Shown piece after piece: positions 51,280-62,600 of a DNA stretch of 64,000 bases (position 1 is the first letter of the stretch; each line of letters opens with the position of its first letter). Where the stretch lies: positions 1,278,705 to 1,342,704 of the forward strand of contig RDEW01000004.1 in NCBI GenBank assembly GCA_011109175.1, in the 5' to 3' direction. The position numbers and the translations under genes were made by a program. The notes beneath the pieces were generated by a model that was not told the origin of the DNA, ran no database searches, and worked only from the letters and a program-made list of their open reading frames with translations. Origin of the DNA: Dicyema japonicum. Its lineage: Eukaryota; Animalia; Dicyemida.

Positions 51280-51905
51280 CAAAAAAGTGCCTCTAAAATC
51301 ACGGAACGCTGGATTTCTGGAGAGTTCCACCCACCAATGCCTCTTGAAGCCTTGAAACGAATGAACCATGGAACGCCCCGTCGTGACTGCGAAGATTCAG
51401 TCAATCGACCGATACTTGCTTGTATGGGGTCGAGGGAGAAGCATCGGGCCAAGATGATGTCTCTGCGCCGTCGTGACTGCGAAGATTCAGTCAATCGACC
51501 GATACTTGCTTGTATGGGGTCGAGGGAGGATCATCGGGCCAAGATGAATTCCCTGCTAGAGCGTGCTGAGATCACGTGATTAGTTAGTTTGTCTAACCGT
51601 GTTCTCTGTGGTGCTTCGTGGCTAATTGGTTGAAGTTTCTGTTTGTTCCTCTGTTCCTCCTCTCTTTATCTATTAGAGTGGTGTCATGTGATCCACCTGT
51701 TTAGGTTGCGTCCAGTGACAGGCCGGCACAAAAAAGGATCATTTGCTCTCCCCCACTCCACTGGAGGGGTTTACACAACTGCAAGTATGGACGTTTTTAC
51801 CCTTTATGTTGATTCCGGATGGACTCTGTTTTTTTATAAGTGGAAACTGGATACCCTTAACTAGTTGTTTACTTTAACTTCCATCTCGGTGTATTCGGGG
51901 TTGAT
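51280..51905 (+). repeat. Longest 'GIT-stop' family copy (coding end plus ~330 bp 3' region)
   Basis: RWISGE..PPMPLEAL..ACMGSREKHRAKM..LLERAEIT* (stop 51577-51579), TTAGTTAG, ending TCGGTGTATTCGGGG. Confidence 0.8.
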
Positions 51906-52051
51906 AAATTAATTAGTGTAATGGAATCCACTTATCTAAGGATTCGCCCTAATTATCAGTTAGACTTACCACTTTATTATTCTAAAAATTTTAAACAAAA
52001 ATTTTTTTCACAGAAAAAACAAGAAAATATATTTATTTATGAAACAATAAT

Positions 52052-54741
52052 TCAACGAAATTTCGAACCAAGCTTAAAATTGTTGAGCAGGCGAATCAGA
52101 TCATCCTCATAATCTGAATCTACGGAAATAACGTCATTTCCGTTAAAATTGATCGCATCGTGACCATTTCTATATCCACTAAGTCATAAATTGACAGAAA
52201 ACCCGTTCATGTGACTTCCATCATTGATTATTGTCAGAAACCCCTTGTTGTTGGAAGTCATCCTACACTCGTGTCTTAGTGAAGGAAAGGAGCGAAGAAT
52301 CAGAATAACTAACAAAATTACCTGGAAGACAATTTTCTTCTGTTTAGACGTCAGGTGGCACTTAATTGTGTACCTCGATTCGTGCTCTTCTACGTGGGAG
52401 ATTATCTTGTGCATTTTCACATAGAATTTCGACTCATAGGACGCTTCAATAAAGCATCAAACCAACGCATGAAGGACAAATCGGAGGGAGAAAGGAGAAT
52501 GTCAGCATTTGTCTCGTAGTGCTTCACCATGCTTCGAAGAAAACTCAAAGGATCCCTACTCAGAGTAGAACTGTCTAAAACAAGAGCCAAAAAACGTTTG
52601 GCACGTGTCAAAGCTACATTAACTCGTCTATAGTCTGAAAGGAAACCAACATTGTCTAAAATAATTAAAAATATTACCAAATTCACTTGATCTAACAAAG
52701 GAGATAATGATCACTTCCTTTTCTCGGCCTTGGAAGGAATCCACTGAACTGACTTCCACGGTTTTTCTGATACCCTTCCTGATCAGCTCTACTTGGGCAT
52801 TGTAGAAGCTGATCACGCCAATATCCTGTTGGGAGACACCCAAGGATACCAACTTCTCAACCAACCACCACACAACGGCGACCTCACCTACAATTCCTGC
52901 AAATCACACCTTTGTTGCACTTTGAATAATTTTTCGTTTCCTCTCGAAAATTAAAATCAGCGGTGTCAACCAGAACCACGGCAGCTCTGGTCAGCTCACA
53001 CGACTTAACTCCCATCAGATCACTGAAATATTCAAGGACGGTGACCAACCTTAACAGATGATTGCTCACAGAACTATCCGCGACCAATTTCCCCGAGTAG
53101 AACTTATTCGAAGGGTAGGCCATGATTTTCTGATGCATTCGATACTGAACGGTCAACATCCTGGAAAACTGAGGATACATCTCACTCAGTCGACTCATAA
53201 GGGACACGTCCAACCCACCCTGAGCAGCTCTGTGGTAAACTTAAGCCTTACATGGGAGATATTATCACGGGAGGAAGTTGATTTGAATCGCCCGCCAAAA
53301 TGTACTTATTCACAAGCTCCAATGGAACAAGAGATATGGCTTCCGTGGCCTTTAATAAGAATCACACATACTTGACTGGCCTCGTCGATGATGACCACAT
53401 CAAATTGACAAAGTCCAAATGGTGGTTTAAACATAAGTTTATTCACGCTTGCTAATGTGGAAAATATAACGTTTTTCTTAGATATTATTTCTTGTATTAT
53501 TTCATTTTCGAGATTTTTATACTTTTTAATCTCCTCAGCGAGATCAATCGAATCCTCATCCTAAGGAATCAACAACAGATTAGAACTCTGAGTTTGTACA
53601 TCGACTTTCTTAGTAGCAATAGATATTCATAATCATCGGAATTCTCAACTTCTCTTGAGAGTGAATACACAAGATTCTTCTCAGAAATCCTGGCATCATT
53701 ACCAAGTCTTAGGAAAGACACGTGGGGCAGATCAAGCTTGCAGAAAATGTCCAACAAGTGATCCGTTGCCACATTGGAAGGCGCACACACGAGAATCTAC
53801 AATAAGAGATTTTCTACTCGAGGATTCTTTGTATAGTTTCGCAATAATTGCTGTATAATTTCGATCAACGTGGTCGACTTGCCAGTCCCGGGAGGTCCCT
53901 CAATGATTGCCAATTTGGGTTGATTAATGCTGAATCTGATGACTTCCTTCTGTCTGTTATTCAGGCAACTGTTGAAATAACTAATTTTGCGTCTCCTTCT
54001 TTTTTGTGGGACTCCAAATTCTTCGAATCCGACAAATAGTTTTTTATGATCCGAATGTGACTCATCGAAATCATCAAGAGCTCTAAAGATCAAAAGGTAA
54101 ACTACTTTCTCATAATATTAAAGGTTTCATAATTTTCTGCTTTTATCAGTGCATATATTTTATCGTGGTTTAAATTTGGTCGATTAAGTGAATCGGAGTA
54201 AAATAAAACGACCTCATTTTTCTCGATCTTCCAGATCACTGCAGTGAACAACAAATCCCTCAAATTGGATTGCTCTCTGACTGAAACAAAATTTCCTAAA
54301 AATTATATTCAATAAATTGATTATTCTAATAATTTCCAAAATTGATTATAATAAAAATAAAATATTAAAAAATTATCATTTGAATTTAACCGGGTTAATA
54401 TCAAAGTAAATTCGACATTCTGATGTTGTCATAAACATTAAATTATTCAAATGAGTCAATAGATTAAAGTAGAAATACAAAAATTATCAAGTCTGACCTC
54501 TTACTAATTTTACTTGGAGTAAGGATTTTTTGTTGGCAAAAGAAATTACCAACTGGCCATTGAAAGATTCGCGAATTGAGCAGAAATTTAAATCCGTAAT
54601 AGAATATCTTGATGTCCTTAATTCACACGTGGATAATAGCTTTCCCATTTTGTTGCATTCTCTCTGTTTTTGTGCCTCTTCCTCGATTCTTATCAAATTC
54701 AGTTGATTGTTTATAAACTGAGAAACTTGATAGTCGTCCAT
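52052..54741 (-). CDS. IGHMBP2: IGHMBP2/SMUBP-2 UPF1-like SF1 helicase
   Basis: N-terminal QFINNQLNLIRIEEEA; IEGPPGTGKSTT; CAPSNVATD; IIDEASQ; AGDSNQLPP; LTVQYRMH; SVDSFQGREKE; RRVNVALTRAK; R3H-like tail. The 3' end is tentative. Confidence 0.9.
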
Positions 54742-54899
54742 AGCAAACAAATAAAACTTAATTTTATATAATTTTAAATTTCAAATCTAAAATAAAATTA
54801 AATAATACTTTAATTATTCTTATGAAAATTTTTTTTCGATTAAATGAATAATATTTTCAACTTATTTATTAAAGTTGATAGGCCACCCTTCCAAAGGAC

Positions 54900-55160
54900 C
54901 TAGAAAAGTAGAGAAGTTCAAACGGTTCTTTTTAGTGCATAACTTGCACTGGGCGCCACCATAACAACAGGTGAACCTCATGCCGCCACGCTAAAATTAT
55001 TTACGCCGATTGAACTCCTATGCAGAAGGAAGAGAAGGCGCTTCCGGAATGCGGTTGGGTATCAGAAGACCAGACGAAGAGAGTTCGAATGTTGTTGGAG
55101 GCTGGGATCACCTAATTAGTTAGTTTTGACCTATCTTTCTTGGTGGTCTTGAAGTTAAAA
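54900..55160 (+). repeat. 'GIT-stop' family copy
   Basis: RNAVG (frameshift) ..MLLEAGIT*, then TTAGTTAG. Confidence 0.65.
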
Positions 55161-55324
55161 AAATAAATAAAACTCATTTATTTGAATTTCTTAAAACACT
55201 TTGTTTTTGTATAAACTAATTCTCATTAACATCACTTAACCCCTATTTACAATGATAATATAACTTCGACATAGGTTGAAACGGGCAAAGTACGCGGTCC
55301 TGTACAAGGATTTTTTTGTTTGTT

Positions 55325-55470
55325 CCACTCGCCGTTGAGACTTCTGGAATTCTTGAGTCGTCTAGGGAATCCTATTTCTACACGATCAGGAAATTCCCCT
55401 CACAGCTGCTAGTTATTTCAGCGAATCTCATTTGGTATCCTGAGAGGAAATAGCCACAAAGTCAGAGGGC
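55325..55470 (-). repeat. Structured dispersed repeat (copy C)
   Basis: Minus: CTCTGACTTTGTGGCTATTTCCTCTCAGGA..GAGATTCGCTGAAATAACT..TTCCCTAGACGACTCAAGAATTCC. Confidence 0.65.
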
Positions 55471-55523
55471 GCCGTATGACCATTTGTGCACTTTTTGTCA
55501 AAATACTTTGACATTGTCTAACG

Positions 55524-55590
55524 CAGTGGTTCCCAATTTTTTTGAGAGCACGGAACCCTATCGACATTTTTCATTTTATACGGAACCCTT
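55524..55590 (+). mobile_element. Solo hAT end, same family as 29450-30004
   Basis: CAGTGGTTCCCAA..GAGAGCACGGAACCCTATCGACATTTTTCAT matches 29450-29500. Confidence 0.75.
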
Positions 55591-57900
55591 ATATAGTTTT
55601 TTGTGAAAATAAAAGTCTTTCAAGCCTTGAGGGATCACTTTTAGTATAGTTTCCAGCGTATCCATATCTCGGCTGACGAAATCAATATCATCGGCGTAGA
55701 TTACTTCCATCACGTTAGAGAAACAATTTTTTTTCCAGTGAGGTCTTAGAGCTGCCTCAGGTATATTATGAATAGGACCAGAAATAACAAGTTGTGGTGC
55801 GCCAATGTCGGTTTTAAATCTTGTTGAGATGTAATTTCGCACGCGCACTGATAGCGATGTGTTGGAAAGTAAAAATCTGATCATACGTGATGCATCCTCG
55901 TCTAGAATACTCTCCAGTACTTGCATTAGCTTCTTGCGGTTGATAGTGTCAAAAATACGGGATAAGTCAATTTCAAGGATGGAGATTTCTTCGTTGTGTT
56001 TCTGGCACACTGCACACATTTACCTTGGCTCCATACAACGTCTGACGTTTAACTTCCAGGCCTGAATCCTCTTTGAATTTGGTTCAGTAACTCATTTACA
56101 GGGCCTGAAATACGATCCCGCACAACAAGGGAGAGTATTTTCCTTATCGTATTCATTAGTGTAATCGGGCGTAGGCTTTTTAGATTTCCTCTTTCTTTTC
56201 CAGGTTTCAGAATTGGGATCAAGATGCCATTCCCCGCATCAAATGGACTGTGACATTAGAACGTCCTGTTCAGGACTGTGCTGATTAACTCAGCCACCTT
56301 GTCTGGCGCGTATTTCAATAAATCTGCATTCACGTTGTCCGGTCCAGAAGCTATGCCATTCTTGAGCTTACCCAAAGCTGAAATGACTTCGTAATGTGTG
56401 ATGCTTTGATTCAAGTCTCTGGGAATTCCTTCAACCGGTTCCAAGTGTTCATAAACAGTGGCAATTTTATTTGCTGATTCTTGGCCGTTGATTATTACTT
56501 TTCCTGTATCATCAAGGACTGTGATTCATTCCGGTCTGGTATTGCAAAATAATTGTTTAACCTCAACAAACATTCTTGCACCATGTTTGTACCGTTCGGT
56601 GTCTTTTTCCAAGTTATCCAGTCTATGCCGGGCTAGTTTCTTCACTCTTCTCTTTATTTTGTATTTGATTCAATTGCATTCATTTTTAAGAAAGTCAGTT
56701 TGGCTTGTCGACTCTGACGACTCGATTAAGAGTCAGAGTTTAATTTGGTTTTTTGACAGTTCTTCTATTTCTTTGACAAAAGTTCTCTTGACCCTCCTTG
56801 GGCGATTTCCCAGTACCATCCCAGCAGCCTGTTTGACTCTGATAGAAATATTCCTTCATAGAGCCCGGGAGACATATTCGTGTTGACATTTTCCAAGTTT
56901 CGATATTTTCTCGCCGTACTTTTTACGGGTATTGTCTGAAGCACATAGAGCCTCCATGGCCAAGGTCATGCTCCGCGTACAGATAGAAATATTCCTTCAT
57001 AGAGCCCGGGAGACATATTCGTGTTGACATTTTCCAAGTTTTGATATTTTCTAGCCGTACTTTTTACGGGTATTGTCAGAAGCACATAGAGCCTCCATGG
57101 CCAAGGTCATGCTCCGCGTACATTTTGTCAGTGCTCCAGAGATTCCAAAACATCGCTTTAAAATGAGACGTGCCACTAGTAGTCTGTGATCACTCAAGCT
57201 CATCACGCCACTGTACGCTCGGGAGTTCGTGAGTAGCCCCCTCTGTGTTTGCCTGCATAGTATGTTGTCGATTTGGTTAAATATATAGACTCGATTTCCA
57301 CGGAAGTTTCTCCTCTGCCCAGTCCACGTCGTAATATGTCGTGCTGCATGTCGGAACACCGTGTTACAAAGGAATAGTCCAAATGATTCGCAGAAATGTA
57401 TAAGGGCATACGTCGAAACTGTTAGGTTTTGACATAATGTTGAATATTCTGCTACCACTGTGCTTAATCTAAGCTTCAATTTTACGGGTTATTATCCCAA
57501 AAAGCATATATGGTTACAATGGTGGAATTCATCGGACAAAAATACAAATCACTAATTCGAACGAATTACAAAAGGAATATAAGCTAACGATAAGGTCATA
57601 CGCTCACTCATGTTTAATTGCTTGATGGCGGAATTACTGAGTCTTTCCAGTGATTATTGTATAGGAAAAATTTTTCTTACTTTTTGGCCATCTCCAGACA
57701 GNACGTCGTAATATGTCGTGCTGCATGTCGGAACCCCGTGTTACAAAGGAATAGTCCAAATGACTCGCAGAAATGTATAAGGGCCTACGTCGAAACTGTT
57801 CACTCCTGTTTAATTGCTTGATGGCGGAATAACTGAGTCTTTCCAGTGATTATTGTATAGGAAAAATTTTTCTTACTTTTTGGCCATCTCCAAACAGCAC
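55576..57900 (-). mobile_element. RTE-like LINE ORF2 (AP endonuclease C-terminal part + RT), decayed
   Basis: NQIDNIL..SDHRLL (APE); ASGPDNVNADLLKY; EIDLSRIFDTINR; IGAPQ; IYADDID. Confidence 0.85.
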
Positions 57901-59803
57901 TTAATCCTCAATTCTCCGTAATTAAAAATCTTGAATACACGTTAACAACACTTTAAGCCTTGATAATGTTCGTAAGATCAATTAAATCAAATCGAAGTAA
58001 TTTGTTATGGGATTAGGAAACTCATGATTCAAGGAATTGAAAGCTTCAGAGGAACAGTTTCTTTGATGATTTCTCTGTGGATAACAAAATTTTTATAGCA
58101 CGTATTTCCAAGGTTCTCATTCCACTGTAAGTCGAAGAGCGAATTTGTTTCGCAATAAGCTTCGGCATTATTCGTTGATGCAATGAGTCAGCCGTTCCCA
58201 GATCCTCCATTTAATACAAACGGGTATCTTGACCAGTAAAATTATCTGCTTTTTTTATTTAGTGTTTAATGACAAACACTCAAATCATCTTCCCCAAGAG
58301 TTTTTATAATCGGATATTTTTCGTCGGATTTACAAAACACATACATGCCGTGAAACCGTGTTGTCAATAATATAATATCAAATAACTAAGACATGGTGAT
58401 GCTCATGAATGATTGTAGGTACCCCATACCACAAAATTTCTCTTTCTCTTCATGACAGAGAACTCAAGTTTTTCAAATTTGGATTAGTTTGCGGAAATAA
58501 ATTTTATCATGAACTTTTAAAGTGATTGCGGAAATAAATTTTATCTTAAACTTTTAAGATTGATTTATTATCATACGTACTGTATCAGCTTGGCAATGAG
58601 AATTTAACATCCACAAAAGTGTTCCTTAGATTTTCCATCACAGAAAGGAGTTATTCAAAGAGTAAACAAAAGTTGCCAGTAGTGAAGCCCGGAAAAATGA
58701 GAACGATATATGGGTTTTAAACAATCTTCAAAATGTTGCTACATTGGTTAATCGTGTAATCTGATAAGATAATTAATTTGACAAATCAGACAGCTCTCCA
58801 AGAATGTCTTAGTTATTTTGTAAATAAAAAAGAATTTTTAATAATATAGGTCCTGCCTCTAAAGGCTCGGACTTTCTGTTAGGGTCCTTTTTAAAGATTT
58901 TTGAACTAAGAGGTCTTTTTACAAAAAAATAAATTTATTTATATCAGTTTCTCTAGCTGTTTACGGCTGGTCTTTGTTTAATTCTTTTTCAGGCAAACTG
59001 TACATCCACTCTCTGTATTTTTAAACAGTAAGATGATTCGCTTTTTATTATGGGAGAAAGACGATCTCTCATGACCAAAGTTTAATTTTGATGAGAATTC
59101 GCTGTTTACGGCTGGTCTTTGTTTAATTCTTTTTCAGGCAAACTGTACATCCACTCTCTGTATTTTTAAACAGTAAGATGATTCGCTTTTTATTATGGGA
59201 GAAAGACGATCTCTCATGACCAAAGTTTAATTTTGATGAGAATTCTATATTTAGTTTTTACCAGACTAAATAATATTTTTAGTCTTTTCCGACTAAATCA
59301 GAAATTTCATTTGCCCTTTAACAAATGTAAGTACCCGCGTCATTTACCATTATGACTTTGCGAGCTGTTACTTATTTTGATATTTTTTTAATTAAAAACA
59401 TTTTTATGTTTTAACTGTTGATTAATGGGGGTGCCACAGCAATAAGGATCAACTGGAGGCGTTACTGGATTTCAAGGACGACTTCTGAGTGTAGCCAGAT
59501 GTTCCAGTCTCCTAAGGAAGACAATGTCTTATGTATAACCTCTAGTTGTCTCGACAGCAAAGCGCATAGGTGATTGACTAATTAAACTTAAATGTTCAGT
59601 TCGTAACATCTCGGTTTCCAACCAACTTGTGAAGTTAAACTAAAGTGACTCGCTGGAAAGTATAATAAAGTCATAAAAGAAATTTTTATTAAAAAATCAC
59701 ATACGGAAATATTTATTAAAAATCAATAAAAAAAATGAAAACTATAACCGCAAATCACGTTTAATTTTGAATATAAATTTAATTAGGTTGAGGAAATATA
59801 ACC

Positions 59804-61200
59804 ATGTCTTTATCGGAAGGTCAGTTTTTGGTTATGGAGATAATACGCCAAAGTCCATCAATAAATTGGGGGTTGGAATTGGTAGGAGGTATTGAAACCA
59901 GACTGGAACTCGAAATATCATCGGTTAAACTCTATCATGTCAAATTTAGGTAAAAAATAACTCGCCATGTCATTTCGCTGGATTGGAAACCTATGATCGA
60001 CTGCTTGAGGTCAACGGAAAGAAATTCAATATCTTACCGCACAACCAAGTCGTTGAGTATTTTGCAGGATCAACGGATCTCAGCATTTCGGTGTTGATTC
60101 AAAGGTATGATTCAATTTATAATTTGCCAGACCGAATAAACTCGACGAAAAATCCGATCTGGCTGATTTCGAACAACAAATGGTAACTGGCTTTGATTTC
60201 CAGTAGGAAAGAACGTTACTTATTGGATCTCGCTTTAATCGAGGTCCCAAGCCGTTCGGTGAACCAAAGAATAGTCTAAACACGAGAATGTCGAAAGTAA
60301 TATTTTTAATTGTTTCAGGATGACGTAATTAACAGAAAAAGTGACGCGAATCCCACACACTACGAAAATCGTATTTTTGAATTCATTTCAGAGTTTTCAA
60401 ATCTCAGTCAAATGAATACTGAAAAGCAAAAATACTCATATTCAACATTACCGAACGTAACATTTTTTAAAGAATAGATGAGTACTTTGTTGGTNTATGA
60501 TTCAATTTGTAATTTGCCAGACCGAATAAACTCGACGAGAAATCCGATCTGGCTGATTTCGAACAACAAATGGTAACTGGCTTTGATTTCCAGTAGGAAA
60601 AAACGTTACTTATTGGATCTCGCTTTAATCGAGGTCCCAAGCCGTTCGGTGAACCAAAGAATAGTCTAAACACGAGAATGACGAAAGTAATATTTTTAAT
60701 TGTTTCAGGATGACGTAATTAACAGAAAAACTGACGCGAATCCCACACACTACGAAAATCGTATTTTTGAATTCATTTCAGAGTTTTCAAATCTCAGTCA
60801 AATGAATACTGAAAAGCAAAAATACTTATATTCAACATTACCGAACGTAACATTTTTTAAAGAATAGATGAGTACTNNNNNNNNNNNNNNNNNNNNNNNN
60901 NNNNNNNNNNNNNNNNNNNNNNNNNNNNNNNNNNNNNNNNNNNNNNNNNNNNNNNNNNNNNNNNNNNNNNNNNNNNNNNNNNNNNNNNNNNNNNNNNNNN
61001 NNNNNNNNNTTCGGGCAAGGAATCACAAGTTTCACGAAAATTGCTTCCAATGCAGCGTCTGTAAGATACCACTAAACTTAAATGGTACCACTTTTTCTAA
61101 AATAGCGTTCTTTTGGGTGAATGAATCACTGATGTGCCTAAAAGATGATGAAAAGGTTTTGGGGTCAAACTATGATTATATTACTTATAAAACAGATTAG
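59804..61200 (+). CDS. PDLIM: PDZ-LIM protein (ALP/PDLIM1-4/Zasp-like), spanning an assembly duplication and gap
   Basis: PDZ WGLELVGG..ISS|VK..SP...AGL...D.LLEVNG; GSRFNRGPKPF; LIM FHENCFQCSVC...|..LMCLKD. Introns 21-26 nt; N-run at ~60877-61009. Confidence 0.8.
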
Positions 61201-61879
61201 TATTGGTTTGATTAAATTTTCTGTTTTTTAAATTTGTGTCAAATGGGGAGACAAGATCGAATGGCTTTTCCATGTCTATTTGACTCCGAAATTGGGTACA
61301 AATATGAACAATTCATCATTATCTTTCGCGGTCGATCAAAGAGTACTAAAATGAAGGTGATTGTGAGAATGGAGATCATTAAGCTGGTTATTTCTTTTTC
61401 TGATCTGTCTGAAGTTTAGCTAACATAGTAAATTTGCTTGTTGGTTAACTACATCAGTCTCACTGACCAATAGGGGCAATCGAACTACAAGCAATTGCTT
61501 CGTGTTCCTATAAGCACTCAAACTAAGAGAATCTCTTAGGAAAGAGATTGTTTGAAGAGATTGAGTGGCTCTAGACAAAAATATGTATATTTAGAATATT
61601 CTAAATTTATGACCTCTTATATTTAATTATATATTTTTTTACAGTAATTCTTCCGATATGATTTTAGGGCCTTNNNNNNNNNNNNNNNNNNNNNNNNNNN
61701 NNNNNNNNNNNNNNNNNNNNNNNNNNNNNNNNNNNNNNNNNNNNNNNNNGAGATTGAGTGGCTCGAGACAAAAATATGTATATTTAGAATATTCTAAATT
61801 TATGACCTCTTATATTTAATTATATGTTTTTTTACAGTAATTCTTCCGATATGATTTTAGGGCCTTTAAACTAACGGAG

Positions 61880-62095
61880 AGATGGTACAGAGGGGAAAAC
61901 ATTAAATCACTGACGCCCATGGAGAAACTAATCGAAAAAAACAAGAATGGACACCAATGCCAAAAGGAAAGTGCTCGTCCGCAACGAACTTGTGTAGGCT
62001 CAGGGGATCAACACCGAGAAAGGATGAGAGCATTGATCCAATTCGTCGGGATCACTTAGTTTAGTTTTTTCCGTTTAACAGTGGTCTTTAAAATT
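61880..62095 (+). repeat. 'GIT-stop' family copy
   Basis: RWYRGE..TPMEKL; QRTCVGSGDQHRERMRALIQFVGIT*; near-identical to 1-125. Confidence 0.75.
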
Positions 62096-62129
62096 GAATT
62101 AATTTAATACATTTTACTTACACACTCTT

Positions 62130-62230
62130 ATCAAGTGGTCTGCCAGCGATCCCACATCCTTCAGTAGGAATGTACAGCAGCAAGATTTGAACTAGAAGCC
62201 AGCCATCAGGCACTCGCTACACTTGTCAAT
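62130..62230 (-). mobile_element. tRNA-derived SINE-like repeat, second copy
   Basis: Minus: CTAGTTCAAATCTTGCTGCTGTACATTCCTACTGAAGG, homologous to 16300-16420. Confidence 0.45.
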
Positions 62231-62399
62231 ATGAGCCTTTATGCTTCAAGTTAATTTTTGATTTCGACGACAACAGGTTGCACGTGGAAAGGATGTCGTA
62301 TTTTCTTATTTTAATTTTTTCTATATTCGTGCCGCTTCTTCGGCTCTCGACGCGGAATCCGATAACTTTGAATAGGCAAAAGTGTTTGCCTTATCAAAG

Positions 62400-62600
62400 A
62401 TCAGGCATTTTCCTCAAGAGAATCAAATATCTGCACTGAACTCGATTAGGGTGACCAAGTCCCTTAAAGCTAATGAAACAGGGGACTAATAGTATTGTAA
62501 CTTCTAAAGATTTTTTCCAAGTTTGTACTCCAAAAATTTTATAATCTGAAACTTTCTTGTATCCCATAATCTTATTGTTGTTCACTTAATCAACTTACGC
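62400..62600 (-). mobile_element. R4/Dong-like RLE fragment
   Basis: GYKKV..I..VQTW...VT resembles the MTWDG region at 4225. Confidence 0.35.

Noticed and set aside
52300-52330. Second possible GT-TG intron in the IGHMBP2 tail
   Set aside because: The segment is in frame and stop-free, so no splice is needed to explain it.
57950-58900. Possible gene or transposase remnant
   Set aside because: Only short open frames; no motif could be supported.
60877-61748. N-runs at ~60877-61009 and ~61674-61748 with flanking repeats
   Set aside because: Scaffold gaps with duplicated contig ends; not biological features.
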